A stretch of DNA of 63,495 bases, filler included, from Chrysochromulina tobinii (Eukaryota), in NCBI GenBank assembly GCA_001275005.1. It is 9 parts of 9 records of this genome, joined end to end, with 100 filler letters (N's around TTAATTAATTAA, not from the genome) between each part and the next. Parts side by side here need not be neighbours in the genome. Positions count along the whole stretch, not along the records: positions 38,752 to 47,445 come from JWZX01000845.1; positions 47,546 to 52,620 come from JWZX01000846.1; 7 more parts are not named here. One strand, written 5' to 3'. Shown here piece by piece: positions 42,201-52,720 of this stretch. The notes below the pieces were generated by a model. That model worked only from the letters and a program-made list of their open reading frames with translations. It made no database searches and was not told the origin of the DNA. The translations under genes were made by a program, and so were the position numbers. Position 1 is the stretch's first letter. Every line of letters begins with the position of its first letter.

Positions 42201-45200
42201 CCTTCGATGACCACTGATGACCTCTGATGACCTCTGATGACCTCTGATGACCTCGCTCATCAGGAGTAATCACGCGCCTGGCGGCCGTTGAACGCGAGAA
42301 GCGGCATCTCGCGTCCGAGCTACGAGAGAGCCGGCGCCGTGTTGAGCACCACGAGGGCGTCGGCTCGACTGCGCTGGTGCCGGGCGGCGCGGAGGAGCGC
42401 ACGCTGCAGCTGCTCCGTCAGACGAGCGCGGCGGACGAGGCGGCGTCGACGGAGCGGAGGGCGCACCTGCGCGCGGCGGTGCGCTCTTTTGATCTCCCTT
42501 GAGCTCCCTTGAGCTCCCTTGAGCTCCCTTGATGACCCTTGATGACCCTTGATGACCCTTGATGACCCTTGATGACCCTTGATCTCGGGCGCACCTGCGC
42601 GCGGTGGTGAGCGCGGCGGTGCGAGCGAGCTCCGATCTCGCGGGGTGCCTGATGGACGTCATCATGACCTCTGATGACGCCCTTGATTGCCTCCCTCATC
42701 AGGTGCGCGAGCTCCGATCTCGCGGGGTGCTCGGCGACGACGGCGAGGAGAATATGCACGTGCTCGTCGAGGCAGTCGAGCTGCTCGCGGCGCAGCTCTC
42801 AGCCATGCCACCGCCCATGCCGCCGCCCATGCCGCCGCCGTCGCCCTGGACGGGCGTGGGGGACGGACCGCCCAACACGGCGCCCATGCCGCCGCCGACG
42901 CCGCCCAGGGAGCGGCACCCCTCGTACGCCCAACACGGCGCCGAGACGCCCACGAAGCAGCCCCGTCCAGTCTCCGCGCCGTCTCGGGCGTCACCCCGCG
43001 ACGCCCAGGGAGCGGCGCTGGTCGAGAGGCTCTCGCGCCAGCTGCTGGCCGAGCAGCAGGCGAGCGCCCAGCTGATTGCCTCTGATTGCCTCTGAGTGCC
43101 TTTGATTGCCTCTGATTGCCTCTGATTGCGAGTGCCTCTGAGTGCCTCTGATTGCGATTGCCTCTGATGGCCTCTGATTGCCTCCCTCATCAGGAGAGCG
43201 CCCAGCTGCGCGTGCGGCTGCAGCAGATGATCGCTGCGGCACGGGTGGCGCCGCTGCCTCATATGGAGCACACCGACCCAATCGGCCTGCCCAATGCATA
43301 CGTCCCAATGCCGATGAGCGCACCCTCGGCCATCGAGGCGCCGCCGCCGCCGGGCTCGGGCGCCGTCGCGGCCGCCGTCGCGGGCGCCGTCGCGGGCGCC
43401 GTCTCGTGGGCGCCCGAGACGGCGGGGGCAGATTGGGGCGAGATGCCAACCTCGGCGGAGATTGAGGCGCGGGAGGCGGCGGCGAGGCGCGCGGCGGCGG
43501 ATGCTCGGCTACAAACGCAGCTCCTCGAGGAGCAACTGGCAGCGCGACGGCTACAAGGCGAGCTGGCGAGCGCACAGCAATGCCACGCGATCGAGCAGGC
43601 CGAGCTGTCGGAGCGGGTGCGATCTCCCTTGATCTCCCTTGATGACACTTGATTACCCTTGATTACCCTTGATGACCCTTGATTGCCCATTGATTACCCT
43701 TGATTACCCTAGGAGCTGTCGGAGCGGGTGCGATCTCCCTTGATCTCCCTTGATGACACTTGATGACCCTTGATGACCCTTGATGACCCTTGATTGCCCA
43801 TTGATTGCCCTTGATTACCCTAGGAGCTGTCGGAGCGGGTGCACGACCTCCCTTGATCTCCCTTGATGACCCTTGATGACCCTTGATTACCCTAGGAGCT
43901 GTCGGAGCGGGTGCGCGTCCTCACCCTCGCGCCGCACGCCTCCCTGGCCTGCATGCAAGTGCTCACCACGGCGCGCCCTCCCTCCCCACAGGTGCGCGTC
44001 CTCACCCTCGCGCAGCACGCCTCGCGCGCGCAGCACAAGGAGCAAGCCGCCAAGATGGACGAGCTTGCCGCCAAGCTGGCGGACGCAGAGGAGCGAGCCA
44101 AGAAGAGCCTCGCTGACTACCAGGCCATCGTCACCGACCTCGCTCAACGTCGCGCGGCCGAGCGCGCCAAAACTTCCCCACACCGGCTGCCAGCGGAGCC
44201 CAACACGGCGCCCCCCGGCCGGGCGGCGATCTCGAGCGCTGTCTCGGGCACGCCCGGCCGCGCCGCTCGCGCTGGCGGCCTCGCCGGAGCCGCCGCCGGC
44301 GCGGCAGCAGCAGCCAGCGCCGGCGGTGGCGCGGAGCTCAAGATTGAGGCGGCACTCACGGGGGCGCCTCTCGCCGTCAAGCTGCAGGCGCGATCTCCCT
44401 TGATCTCCATTGATCTCCATTGATCACAACTGATCTCCCTTGATGACCCTTGATCTCGCTTCATCACCCTTGCTTGATCTCCCTTGATGGCCCTTGATGA
44501 CCCTTGATGACCTTTGATGATCCAAGGAGCTCATCGCCTCCCTAAGCTGCAGGTGCTGCGCGCTGAGCTCCGGGCGGAGAGACGGCGTGGGACTGCCACG
44601 GAGGCGGCGCTGCGCTCGACCCTCGCCGATCTCGAGGCGGAGATGCGAGATCTCGAGGCGGAGATGGCGCTCAGGGAGGAGAGGGGCACGATGCTCGTCG
44701 GAGTCGTCGGTGAACGGCTAGCCGCGATCCGGAGCCTCTGAGTGCCACTGATTGCCACTGATTGCCTCTGAGTGCCACTGAGTGCCACTAATTGCCACTG
44801 AGTGCCACTGATTGCCTCTGAGTGCCACTAATTGCGACTCATGACCACTCATTGCCTCTCATTCTCGCTAATTGCCGTGGATTGCAGGTGAACGGCTCGC
44901 CGCGATCCGGAGCCACCAGGAGGCCGACGTGGAGGCGCTGTCTCGGGCGCACGTGGAGGCGCTGTCTCGGGCGCACGCCGAGGCGCTGTCTCGGGCGCAC
45001 GCCGACCTCGCGGCGGCGGAGTCGGAGCTCGCGGAGGCCGAGATGAGCATGGCGCAGCAGCAGGCGCACACGGACGCGCAGGCGCTCGAGATGCAAGCAC
45101 TCCGCGACGCGCACGCGGCCTTGGAGCGCCGTCTCGAGCACGCGGCCTCGGAGGGCGAGGCCGAGGCCGCGCCCGCCGTGGTGGTGCAGCCCGCGCGCGG

Positions 45201-47445
45201 AGAGGCCCACCTCGGGCAGCCGCCGCCGCCGCCCACGGCGAGCGCAGCAGCGGCGGCAGTGGACTCGTCCGCTGCGGAAGCAGCCGCGAGCGCCGTCTCG
45301 GGCGCCGTGGCGACTCTCGGTACCACGGCGCTCAGCACGGCGCTGGACGAGGGGGCGGGTGCGCCCCCCACGGCGCTCAGCACGGCGCTTCGCGCGGAGC
45401 TCGAGCAGCTTCGTGTGGCGTTGCATGAGGAGCGGCAGCGCACGGAGCGCGTGCTCGAGGAACTGAGCGCGTCCAAGGCGGCGGCGGCGGCGGCGGCGGC
45501 GGCCGAGGCGGCGGCGGCGGCGGCCGGGGATGATCGCAGCAGCAGCAGCCTTCCGCAGAGGCCAGTGGCGGCGGCGGCGGCAGCTGCTCAAGACGACGCA
45601 TCCTCACCGGCGGCGGAGGGCGCGCCTCTCCTTCAACGGCCGAGCGAGCTCGAGCGCGAGATCAGCGAGCTCCGTGCCGCCGTCGAGGAGGCGCGCGGGC
45701 AGGGCGAGCAGGCGGCGCATGAGGCGCAGATGGCGCGGCAGCAAAAGGAGGAGGCGCTGCAGCAGGCGCAGCAGGCGCAGCTGGCGCTGCAGCAGGCGCA
45801 GCAGCAGGCGCAGCAGGCGCTCCAGCGTGAGAGCGAGCAGGCGGAGCGGCAGGTAACCCAGCTACGACTTCACAAGGAGCACTCACAGCAGCAGCTGCAG
45901 GCGGTGCAGGCGGTGCAGCAGCAGCAGCAGCTGGACCTCGAGCACGCCGAACGGCTCGCGCAGCAGGCGCAGCGCGAGAGCGAGCAGGCGAAGCAGCAGC
46001 TGCAGGCGCTGCGCCGCGAGAGCGACCTGGCGACGCGGCAGGTGGAGCAGCTGCAGACGGAGAAGTGTGAATGTGAACGGCAGGTGGAGCAGCTGCAGAC
46101 GGAGAAGGACCGAATCGAGCGCGACGCGGAGCAAGCCCAACGGGAGGTGGAGGAGGCGCGGCGGGACGCGGCGCACTCGAAGCGGAAGGCCGAGCAGGCG
46201 GAGCGCGCGGCGGAGCAAGCCCGCCGCCATGCCGAGGGCGCCCACGAGGACGCGCGTCGACAGAGTGACGAAACGCAACGGCAGGTGGACGAGGCCAAGG
46301 CTCAAGTTGAGCTGGGGCGTCGTCAGCGGGAGGAGGCGCGGCGGGAGGCGGAGGCGGCCAAGATGGAGGCGGAGGCGGCGCGGCGCGAGGCCGACGTGGC
46401 GGTGCGCGAGGCCGAGGCGGCGGCGCGCGAGGCCGAGGCGGCGCGCGTGCAGGCTGCCGAGTGGAGGAGCGAGTGCGATGGTGTGAAGCGCCAGTGTGAA
46501 GCGCTCACGCGAGCGTCGGACGAGATGCAATCTCGCGCCGAGGAGGGCGCGCGCCATCTCGAGCTCGTGCGCCGCCAGAGCGACGAGCGGCAGCGGGAGC
46601 ACGAGGAGGCACGCCGGCAGCGCGACGAGATGCGCCGGCTGGTGGACGACACGAGATCTCAGCTCGTCGAGGCGCGTCTCGTGAGCGAGCGGAGCCGTGG
46701 CGAGAGTGACGAAACGAGATCGCAGCTCGAGGAGGCGAGATCGCAGCTCGAGGCGGCGAGCTCGCAGCTCGAGGCGGCGAGATCGCGCAGCTCCGAGGCG
46801 CGGCGGGAGGTCGAGGCGGCGCGGATCGAGACCGAGACGGCGCGTTCGCGCCTCGTCGAGGTCGAGCGCCTCCTGCAGTCCAGCCAGGCGCAGGCGGCCG
46901 AGCTCAGCCAGCAGCTCGCCGACGCGCACGAGCTCAGCGCCCGTCACGCCGCGTTGCAAGCCGAGCTCGACGAGCAGCGGCGCGAGGCCGACGGGCTGCG
47001 GCAGCGGGCGGCTGAGGCGCAGCGCCAGCTCGAGGCGCGCCGTCGTGAGCGCGACGAGGCGGAGCAGGCGCTGCGAGAGGCCGAGAGCGACGGCAGCCGC
47101 CGCCTCGAGGCGGCCCAGGCGGAGGCGGAGCACTGGCGCTCGGAGGCGGACCAGCTCAGGCGCTCCCTCGAGGCCACGCGGATGAGCGCGCTGTGGCGGA
47201 AGGCGAGCACGCTCGCGCGCGCGGGCGCCGCGGCCGAGGCGAGCGAGGCGCAGCTCGCGCAGATGCGCCACGAGCTCGCGAGCTTGCGCGCGGCCTCGAC
47301 CCTCCGGGGCGTTTCCTCGCGCACGCTGCTCTCTCGCTCGCGGGACGGGACCAAGGCGGCCGAGGAGGCGGCCGCGGCGGCGACGGCCGATCTTGAGGGC
47401 GCGGCGGCCAGGGCGCGGAGGGCGGGGGAGGCGGCGGCCGCCGCC
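39294..47445 (+). CDS. Giant coiled-coil protein, partial at both ends (tentatively CEP290-like)
   Basis: Removing ten introns (39667-39758, 40367-40438, 40742-40932, 41095-41322, 42152-42263, 42479-42702, 43060-43193, 43617-43991, 44388-44552, 44710-44887) gives one continuous frame; each length mod 3 matches the frame shift between track ORFs. RQLVNAKLAEADLRRKLRVASRSEVALR recalls algal CEP290 (from memory, unverified). Confidence 0.8.
39667..39758 (+). other. Repeat-filled intron with 30-bp junction duplication
   Basis: First 30 nt match the next exon start at 28/30; ends CCTCCTTCATCAG. Confidence 0.8.
40175..40265 (+). repeat. (GGY)n trinucleotide tract encoding poly-Gly
   Basis: About 30 Gly codons in the coiled-coil gene exon. 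Confidence 0.95.
40742..40932 (+). other. GC-AG intron of (CTGAKTGCCA)n
   Basis: TCGCGGC(C/G)CAG|GCG at both ends; 191 bp restores frame. Confidence 0.8.
41095..41322 (+). other. Intron of (CTGATTGCGGA)n and (CTGATTGCA)n with internal copy of the 3' junction
   Basis: TGCGTGCAGGAGCGTGCGACCCACGG occurs inside and across the acceptor. Confidence 0.8.
42152..42263 (+). other. Intron of (CTGATGACCT)n ending CTCATCAG
   Basis: GT..AG, 112 bp restores frame. Confidence 0.8.
42479..42702 (+). other. Intron of (CTTGAGCTCC)/(CTTGATGACC)n containing copies of both flanking exon ends
   Basis: GGGCGCACCTGCGCGCGG and GCGAGCTCCGATCTCGCGGGGTGC are repeated inside. Confidence 0.8.
43060..43193 (+). other. 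GC-AG intron of (CTGATTGCCT)n with 18-bp junction duplication
   Basis: CAG|G(C/A)GAGCGCCCAGCTG at both ends. Confidence 0.8.
43617..43991 (+). other. Intron with three internal copies of the upstream exon end
   Basis: GAGCTGTCGGAGCGGGTGC at about 43602, 43713, 43824 and 43896, separated by (CTTGATKACC)n. Confidence 0.75.
44388..44552 (+). other. GC-AG intron of (TTGATCTCCM)n/(TTGATGACCC)n
   Basis: AAGCTGCAG|G at both ends. Confidence 0.8.
44710..44887 (+). other. Intron of (CTGAKTGCCA)n with 28-bp junction duplication
   Basis: G|GTGAACGGCT(A/C)GCCGCGATCCGGAGCC at both ends. Confidence 0.8.
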
Positions 47446-47545
47446 NNNNNNNNNNNNNNNNNNNNNNNNNNNNNNNNNNNNNNNNNNNNTTAATTAATTA
47501 ANNNNNNNNNNNNNNNNNNNNNNNNNNNNNNNNNNNNNNNNNNNN

Positions 47546-48742
47546 GCTGATGCTCGCCATAGTCGCGGGAGCACGTTGCGGCCGAGCCTCGCGCGCGATA
47601 CGCACTCGAGGGGGCCCTCCGGGCACCTTCTCGTACGTTCCGTCCTTCCACTGCTTGTGCCACTTGTCGAACATCTCAGTGACTGCAGGCGGGAGACGCT
47701 TGTTGTAGAGCGTGAGACCGTGCTTGACCCAGCAGAATTCGGACACATGGTTGTCCGAGCCGCACGCGTCGCACTCAACGACAGCGTCGCACTTGAAACC
47801 GAAGGCATGCTTAATCTTGCAGCCCCGTACGCACGGGTGCTGGACGAGTCCGCCGCCAGGCGCGGGCGAAGGCATGGGAGAGCCCTTGGCAGGCGGGACA
47901 GGGCGGAACGCTGCACTGGCATCGACCTCGCCGAGGTTTGCTTCGGCGAGCATCGCGCGGCGAACGCGGCTTTCCGCCGCACGCCGCAGCTGAGCAGCGT
48001 GCGACCGTTGTAGCTCCTCGAGCATAACTGCGACGAATCTCGTGCGATGAGCAACGGTTGCACACTCGCCATTGGTGCGCGTGTGCGTCACCTCAGCAGC
48101 TGCGAACATCGGATGTCCGGGCGGAGGTGAGCTAATGACCGGCCACCAAATGGCGCGCATGACGTCCGAGGCATCCAAGCCGAGCTTCGTCGCGACGCGA
48201 AGCTTCTCGCTAACCATCGCTTGGTACTCCATGGGATCGAGTTTGGTGGGCCACTTTGGCGCCAGCAAGCTCGTAGCCTCAGCACTTGGATCATCCGGAG
48301 TTTCAGTCGTCTCGTAGCGCGTCCGCAGCGTCTCGTACGCCTGCGCAACCCCGGCGACAAGGCCACCGGCATAGCAGCAAGCCTTGATCAAGTCGCGAGC
48401 ATCACCGCCTTCGGTGAGCGAGTTGTTAATGAGCGCCCGAAGCGCCAACTGGCGGCGCTGCTGCAGCCCAGGAGCAGCTGTTGCGACGGCCGATAGGTCG
48501 TTGCTGGCCAACGTCAAGGCAGTGGCAGGTGTCACTGCCGCGATGGCGCCACCAAAGACAAGCTCTAGGCTGAAAATTGGCTTCGTGGCAACAATATCCC
48601 TGAGCGCCCTAGCCCATCTGTGCCAGTCCTGTTCCGGATGCTTTTCGTCGAGTGGTGCGACGCTGAGCGCAGCTACGGCTTCGCATGAAGCTTGAAAAGC
48701 TGCTTCCAGCGCTGGATCAACGGCTGCAGCTACGGCTGCCAT
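47546..48742 (-). mobile_element. gag: Retrotransposon gag-like ORF (probably LTR/Copia-type), truncated by contig end
   Basis: CDACGSDNHVSEFC is a canonical Cx2Cx4Hx4C zinc knuckle after a helical capsid-sized region; pol is not in the window. Confidence 0.65.
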
Positions 48743-48756
48743 TGTAAGTATGTTTC

Positions 48757-48972
48757 TGTTGGGTGGTCGCTTACGCGGAGGTATGGTTGAAGAGAAGAGA
48801 AGAGAGAGGGATCGATTGGTTCCCTGCTACCGTGAGGAAGAGCGAGAGACAGAACGCGATCGTCGACTGAGTGTTGAGAAAGCGAGAACTTATTCGACCA
48901 CACGGAGACACAACTCTCTACACATGAGATCGACATTAACGAAACACATGATTGCATGCTTTCAGCTGTTCA
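48757..48972 (-). repeat. Possible 5' LTR
   Basis: TG...CA bounded, purine/pyrimidine-skewed segment just upstream of gag; no second copy or clear PBS visible. Confidence 0.25.
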
Positions 48973-49061
48973 CGGTATACCCATTACCAGCTGTCCGTCA
49001 CTTTCCCATGGGGAGCCCCATCCCCCCAAACGGCGGAGATACCCCATACCCAGGGATCTCC

Positions 49062-49426
49062 GTATCCCCCCGATCTGGTTCCATGATGGATGCCGCACTT
49101 GACAGCTCCGGAGTTGCCGCGAATTAAAATTGATGAGGAACTATAAGGAACGCCCAAAAACGGACAAAGATAATTGTCGTGGAGCTACACAGGCCGCGCG
49201 CGGAGAAAAGACTGAAGTATCCCCCCGATCTGGTTCCATGATGGATGCCGCACTTGACACATGACAGCTCCGGAGTTGCCGCGAATTAAAATTGATGAGG
49301 AACGCCCAAAAACGGACAAAGATAATTGTCGTGGAGCTACACAGGCCGCGCGCGGAGAAAAGACTGAAGATGCCAAGGTTCCATGATGGATGCCGCACTT
49401 GACAGCTCCGGAGTTGCCGCGAATTA
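49062..49426. repeat. ~155-bp tandem repeat, 2.3 units, upstream of the transposase (possible subterminal repeats)
   Basis: GGTTCCATGATGGATGCCGCACTTGACA...GCTCCGGAGTTGCCGCGAATTA occurs three times. Confidence 0.9.
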
Positions 49427-49784
49427 GGCACGAGTCACACATCCGTGAGGCCCCTCCGTGAGCGTGAGAATTGGGCGGTCCCGTGACCGTGATCGCACAA
49501 AAATCGCTCACGGTGGCTTTTTCCCCACACAAACGTGACCGTGATATCACGCTCCGATGCCGAACCTGCATCGTGAGCGTGCTGGGTTCCCGGAACGTGA
49601 TCGGCCATCGTGACCGCTGCACGGAGGCCACGTGGCGGCCCTGAGCGAGGTGCGGAGGCCATGTGGAGGCCACGTGGCGGCTACGTGACGGCCAAATTAG
49701 GTGCGGAGGAGCACGCCACGAGAGCCGGGTAGGCACGCCATGCCCATTTCCGACTCGTAGCCGCCACGAGAGCCAGCAGTTCCA

Positions 49785-51378
49785 ATGACTAGGCAGAAGC
49801 GTGTGCGAGAGCGCGCGGAAGCCGAGGCGAGGGCCGAGGCCGTCGAGGAGGACGACAGGCGACGCTTCCGAGCCGCGCCACAGGTCCTTGGCAGGCACCG
49901 GCGCTCACATCGCTGCGATTCCTTCTGAGTGCTCAAGCCTTCCTGATGATCATGCTCATGCTGCTCGTTGTGGCCATCATGTCCTCGGAAATGGACGCGG
50001 CCGATCGTGCGCCGGATCGTTCCCGTCAGCGCCTCGACATGCAGAAGCACATCGGCACCATGACCGAGCGTGAGTTTGCTCGGTATTACAGAGTGGACAG
50101 GCAGAACTTCGCAGACATCGTCGAGATGATCACGCCGCCGCTGCCCGAGCTGCGCAAGCGGCGCAAGCGGGGGCGCAAATCATCGGGCGGCTTCGTCGAG
50201 TTCGACCTGCGCCTGTCCATGGCGCTGCGCTACCTGGCGGGCGGCTCGTACCTCGATATCATGTACCTGCACTGAGTCTCTCGCAGCACGTGCTACAAGC
50301 ACATCTTCGGCACGCTCAAAGCGATGGACATGGCACTGCCTGAGTTCACTCTCGACGAGGACATCCACAGCCTGGAGCGCTGCCGCGCGCTCACCGCTAC
50401 GTTCGCTGCGAAGACTGACGAGCATATCCAGGGGGCCATCGCTGCGTGTGACGGCATCATCTTCAAGGTTTGAGAAGCCCACGCAGCTCAACAAGAGCAA
50501 GGTGCCCAACCCCAACAAGTTCCACTGCCGGAAGGGCTACCCCGGCATCTCCGTGCAGGCCGCTTGTGATGGGAACCGTCGCTTCCTGTATATGGGCAGA
50601 TGTATATGGCCATGGACTTTGCTGCAAGCTGCCACGATGCACGTGCTTTCCGTGGTTGCAAGACTCGACGGGGCTCCTTGCTCCACCTGGAGCTCGAGCA
50701 CAGTAAGGTCCTGGGCCGGGAGGACGCAGAGCACCTGCATCCGTTTGGCTTCTTCATTCTTGCCGATGATGCATACCCGTGCCGTGGCGCGAACCGCATC
50801 GTCTGCCCATGGACAACTACGCGCGACCGGTGGTGGTGGCGTGATGCCTTCAAGTACCACCAGAGCCGCGGGCGGATTAACATCGAGTGCGCATTCGGCA
50901 TGCTGGTTAGGAAATTTCTGGTGCTTGCACGTCCCATGGGGATGGACCTCGACAAGTGCCGCAAGACGGTGCGCGTCGCGATGAAGCTCCACAACCTGTG
51001 CATTGACCGTCAGCGCCTCGGTCCAGCTGCCCTAGAGTCGGGGGTGCTCGTGAGCGATTTCACCGGCCGCTACGAGACGCAGTGGGCTGCGGCGAGGGCA
51101 GCTCATATTGCTGCCAAGCGCCAGAATGCAGGCGTAGGCAACGACGGCGACGACGGCGCACGTGAGGTGGCGTCACTAACCCTCGACCTGACCTCCGGCA
51201 CACCAGGTGACTCCCCGGAGCCCAACTGGGAGCCGGATGATGCGTAGATGATGCGCCTGATGATCTCGAGGGTGGCCCTCACCATGGCCTAACAGAGTGG
51301 CTGAAGGGTGCTCGTGTACATCGGCACGACCCGCGCGAGGCCGCTCGGCGCATTGATAGGAATCGGTATGGAGATTGA
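49785..51378 (+). mobile_element. PIF/Harbinger (HARBI1-like, DDE_Tnp_4) transposase pseudogene
   Basis: EFARYYRV, RLSMALRYLAGGSYLDI, GAIAACDG, CRKGYPGISVQAACD, CHDARAF, ILADDAYP, HQSRGRINIECAFGMLVRKF, LHNLCID; TGA at 50273 and frameshifts near 49890, 50470, 50590 and 51245. Confidence 0.9.
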
Positions 51379-51444
51379 CATGGCGGAAATAAGGCGGCTG
51401 TGGAATCTTTGCGAGCTCTAGTGCATGCGAAGGCGTCGCTCTCG

Positions 51445-51550
51445 GCTGCCTCGTTCAACGCGCTCATCTCAGCACAGGGCAAGGCAGGGTGCATCGCCGC
51501 CGCCGAGACCACCTTCGGCATGATGCTTTCGGCGCGGGTCGAGCCCTCCC
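51445..51550 (+). pseudogene. Isolated single PPR motif fragment
   Basis: ASFNALISAQGKAGCIAAAETTFGMMLSARVEPS fits the 35-aa PPR consensus. Confidence 0.55.
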
Positions 51551-51669
51551 AGGCGCCCGCACCGGCGCTCGCACCGGCACCAGCGCAAGACATGCCAGCG
51601 AAAGACAACGAGGATGCCGAGTGGGTCGAGAGTGCGCGAGCTTAGGTGAGCGCGGCGCACCAGTACCCG

Positions 51670-51868
51670 GCGATGCGCGCGCTCGCGCTCGACAACTACG
51701 ATCCCGGCGATCTCGGCGATCTGGGCTCGGATCTCGGCGATCTCGGCCTCGGCTTGCGCAAGGGGCAGGAGCTGCTCGTGTTCGACACGGCGCCCGCGCC
51801 AGTCAGCTGGCTCATCGGCGAGAGCGGTGGGCGACGCGGGCTGGTGCCAGCGACGTATGTGGCTGCTC
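51670..51868 (+). pseudogene. Isolated SH3 domain exon or fragment
   Basis: RALALDNYD...DLGLGLRKGQELLV...SWLIGESGGRRGLVPATYV. Confidence 0.65.
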
Positions 51869-52377
51869 GGCTCACGCTCGGGTATGTTGTGTATGTGTGC
51901 GTCCGGGTCGGAGGGAGAGCGTCTTCGGAGCGGGGAACGGAAGGGGAAAACACCTATTCTCGTCGATGTTCGACGCGCACAGACTTCACATTCGACACAC
52001 ATGTACTTCATACTGACATGGTCCGTAGAGCTGCCGTGTGTGCGCAAGCCGTAGTCCATGATTCATTGTGTGCGCAACGGCCGGGGTGAATTCATGGACG
52101 TCTCAAAGTACTGGTTATGCAGCTGATTACTTAAATTGGGTGGCGGCAACGAGGGCGGAGGAGGCGAGGGCGGCGGCGGCGAGGGCGGCGGTGGCGACGG
52201 CGGGCGCGGCCTGAGTGGCAGCGAGGTCGGCGGCGAGGGTGGCGGTGGCGAGGGTGGTGATGGGAAGGTGGCGGAGGTGATGGTGACGGTGGGCAAGGCG
52301 GCGGCGAAGGCGGCGGTGGTGGCGGCCTTAAATAACGTACTGTCGGCAGACGCGCCCGTTGGCGCGCCTCCCGAAGG

Positions 52378-52439
52378 AAACGCAAAAGAAGTCACTCGAC
52401 GCCGCCGTCGCGTGACGACGACGGTGTCGAGGAACGACG
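52378..52439 (-). repeat. 62-bp dispersed hairpin element, copy 2
   Basis: Reverse complement of 26405-26466 with 3 differences. Confidence 0.9.
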
Positions 52440-52720
52440 ATATCATGGCAACCGGCATCATTACTGTCACGCGTGCAAGCCGGGGTGAAGCTCATCACTG
52501 AAAGTGAGTTGCTCCCAAGTTCTCGGTCTCGGCATCGAGCAAGCGCTTCATGGGGTACATGGGAGAGCGCGTACGGGGGTTGTTGTGCTGCCACACACAA
52601 CGCGATACGATCGTTAGCGTNNNNNNNNNNNNNNNNNNNNNNNNNNNNNNNNNNNNNNNNNNNNTTAATTAATTAANNNNNNNNNNNNNNNNNNNNNNNN
52701 NNNNNNNNNNNNNNNNNNNN

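Noticed and set aside
50273..50275. TGA in the transposase as recoded stop or alternative genetic code
   Set aside because: The same gene has several frameshifts, and other genes use TGG for Trp and TGA as stop; simple decay.
47546..52620. Fanzor/TnpB or other RNA-guided nuclease associated with the transposon region
   Set aside because: No RuvC plus Zn-ribbon motifs found; the transposase motifs are Harbinger DDE and the CCHC is a gag knuckle.
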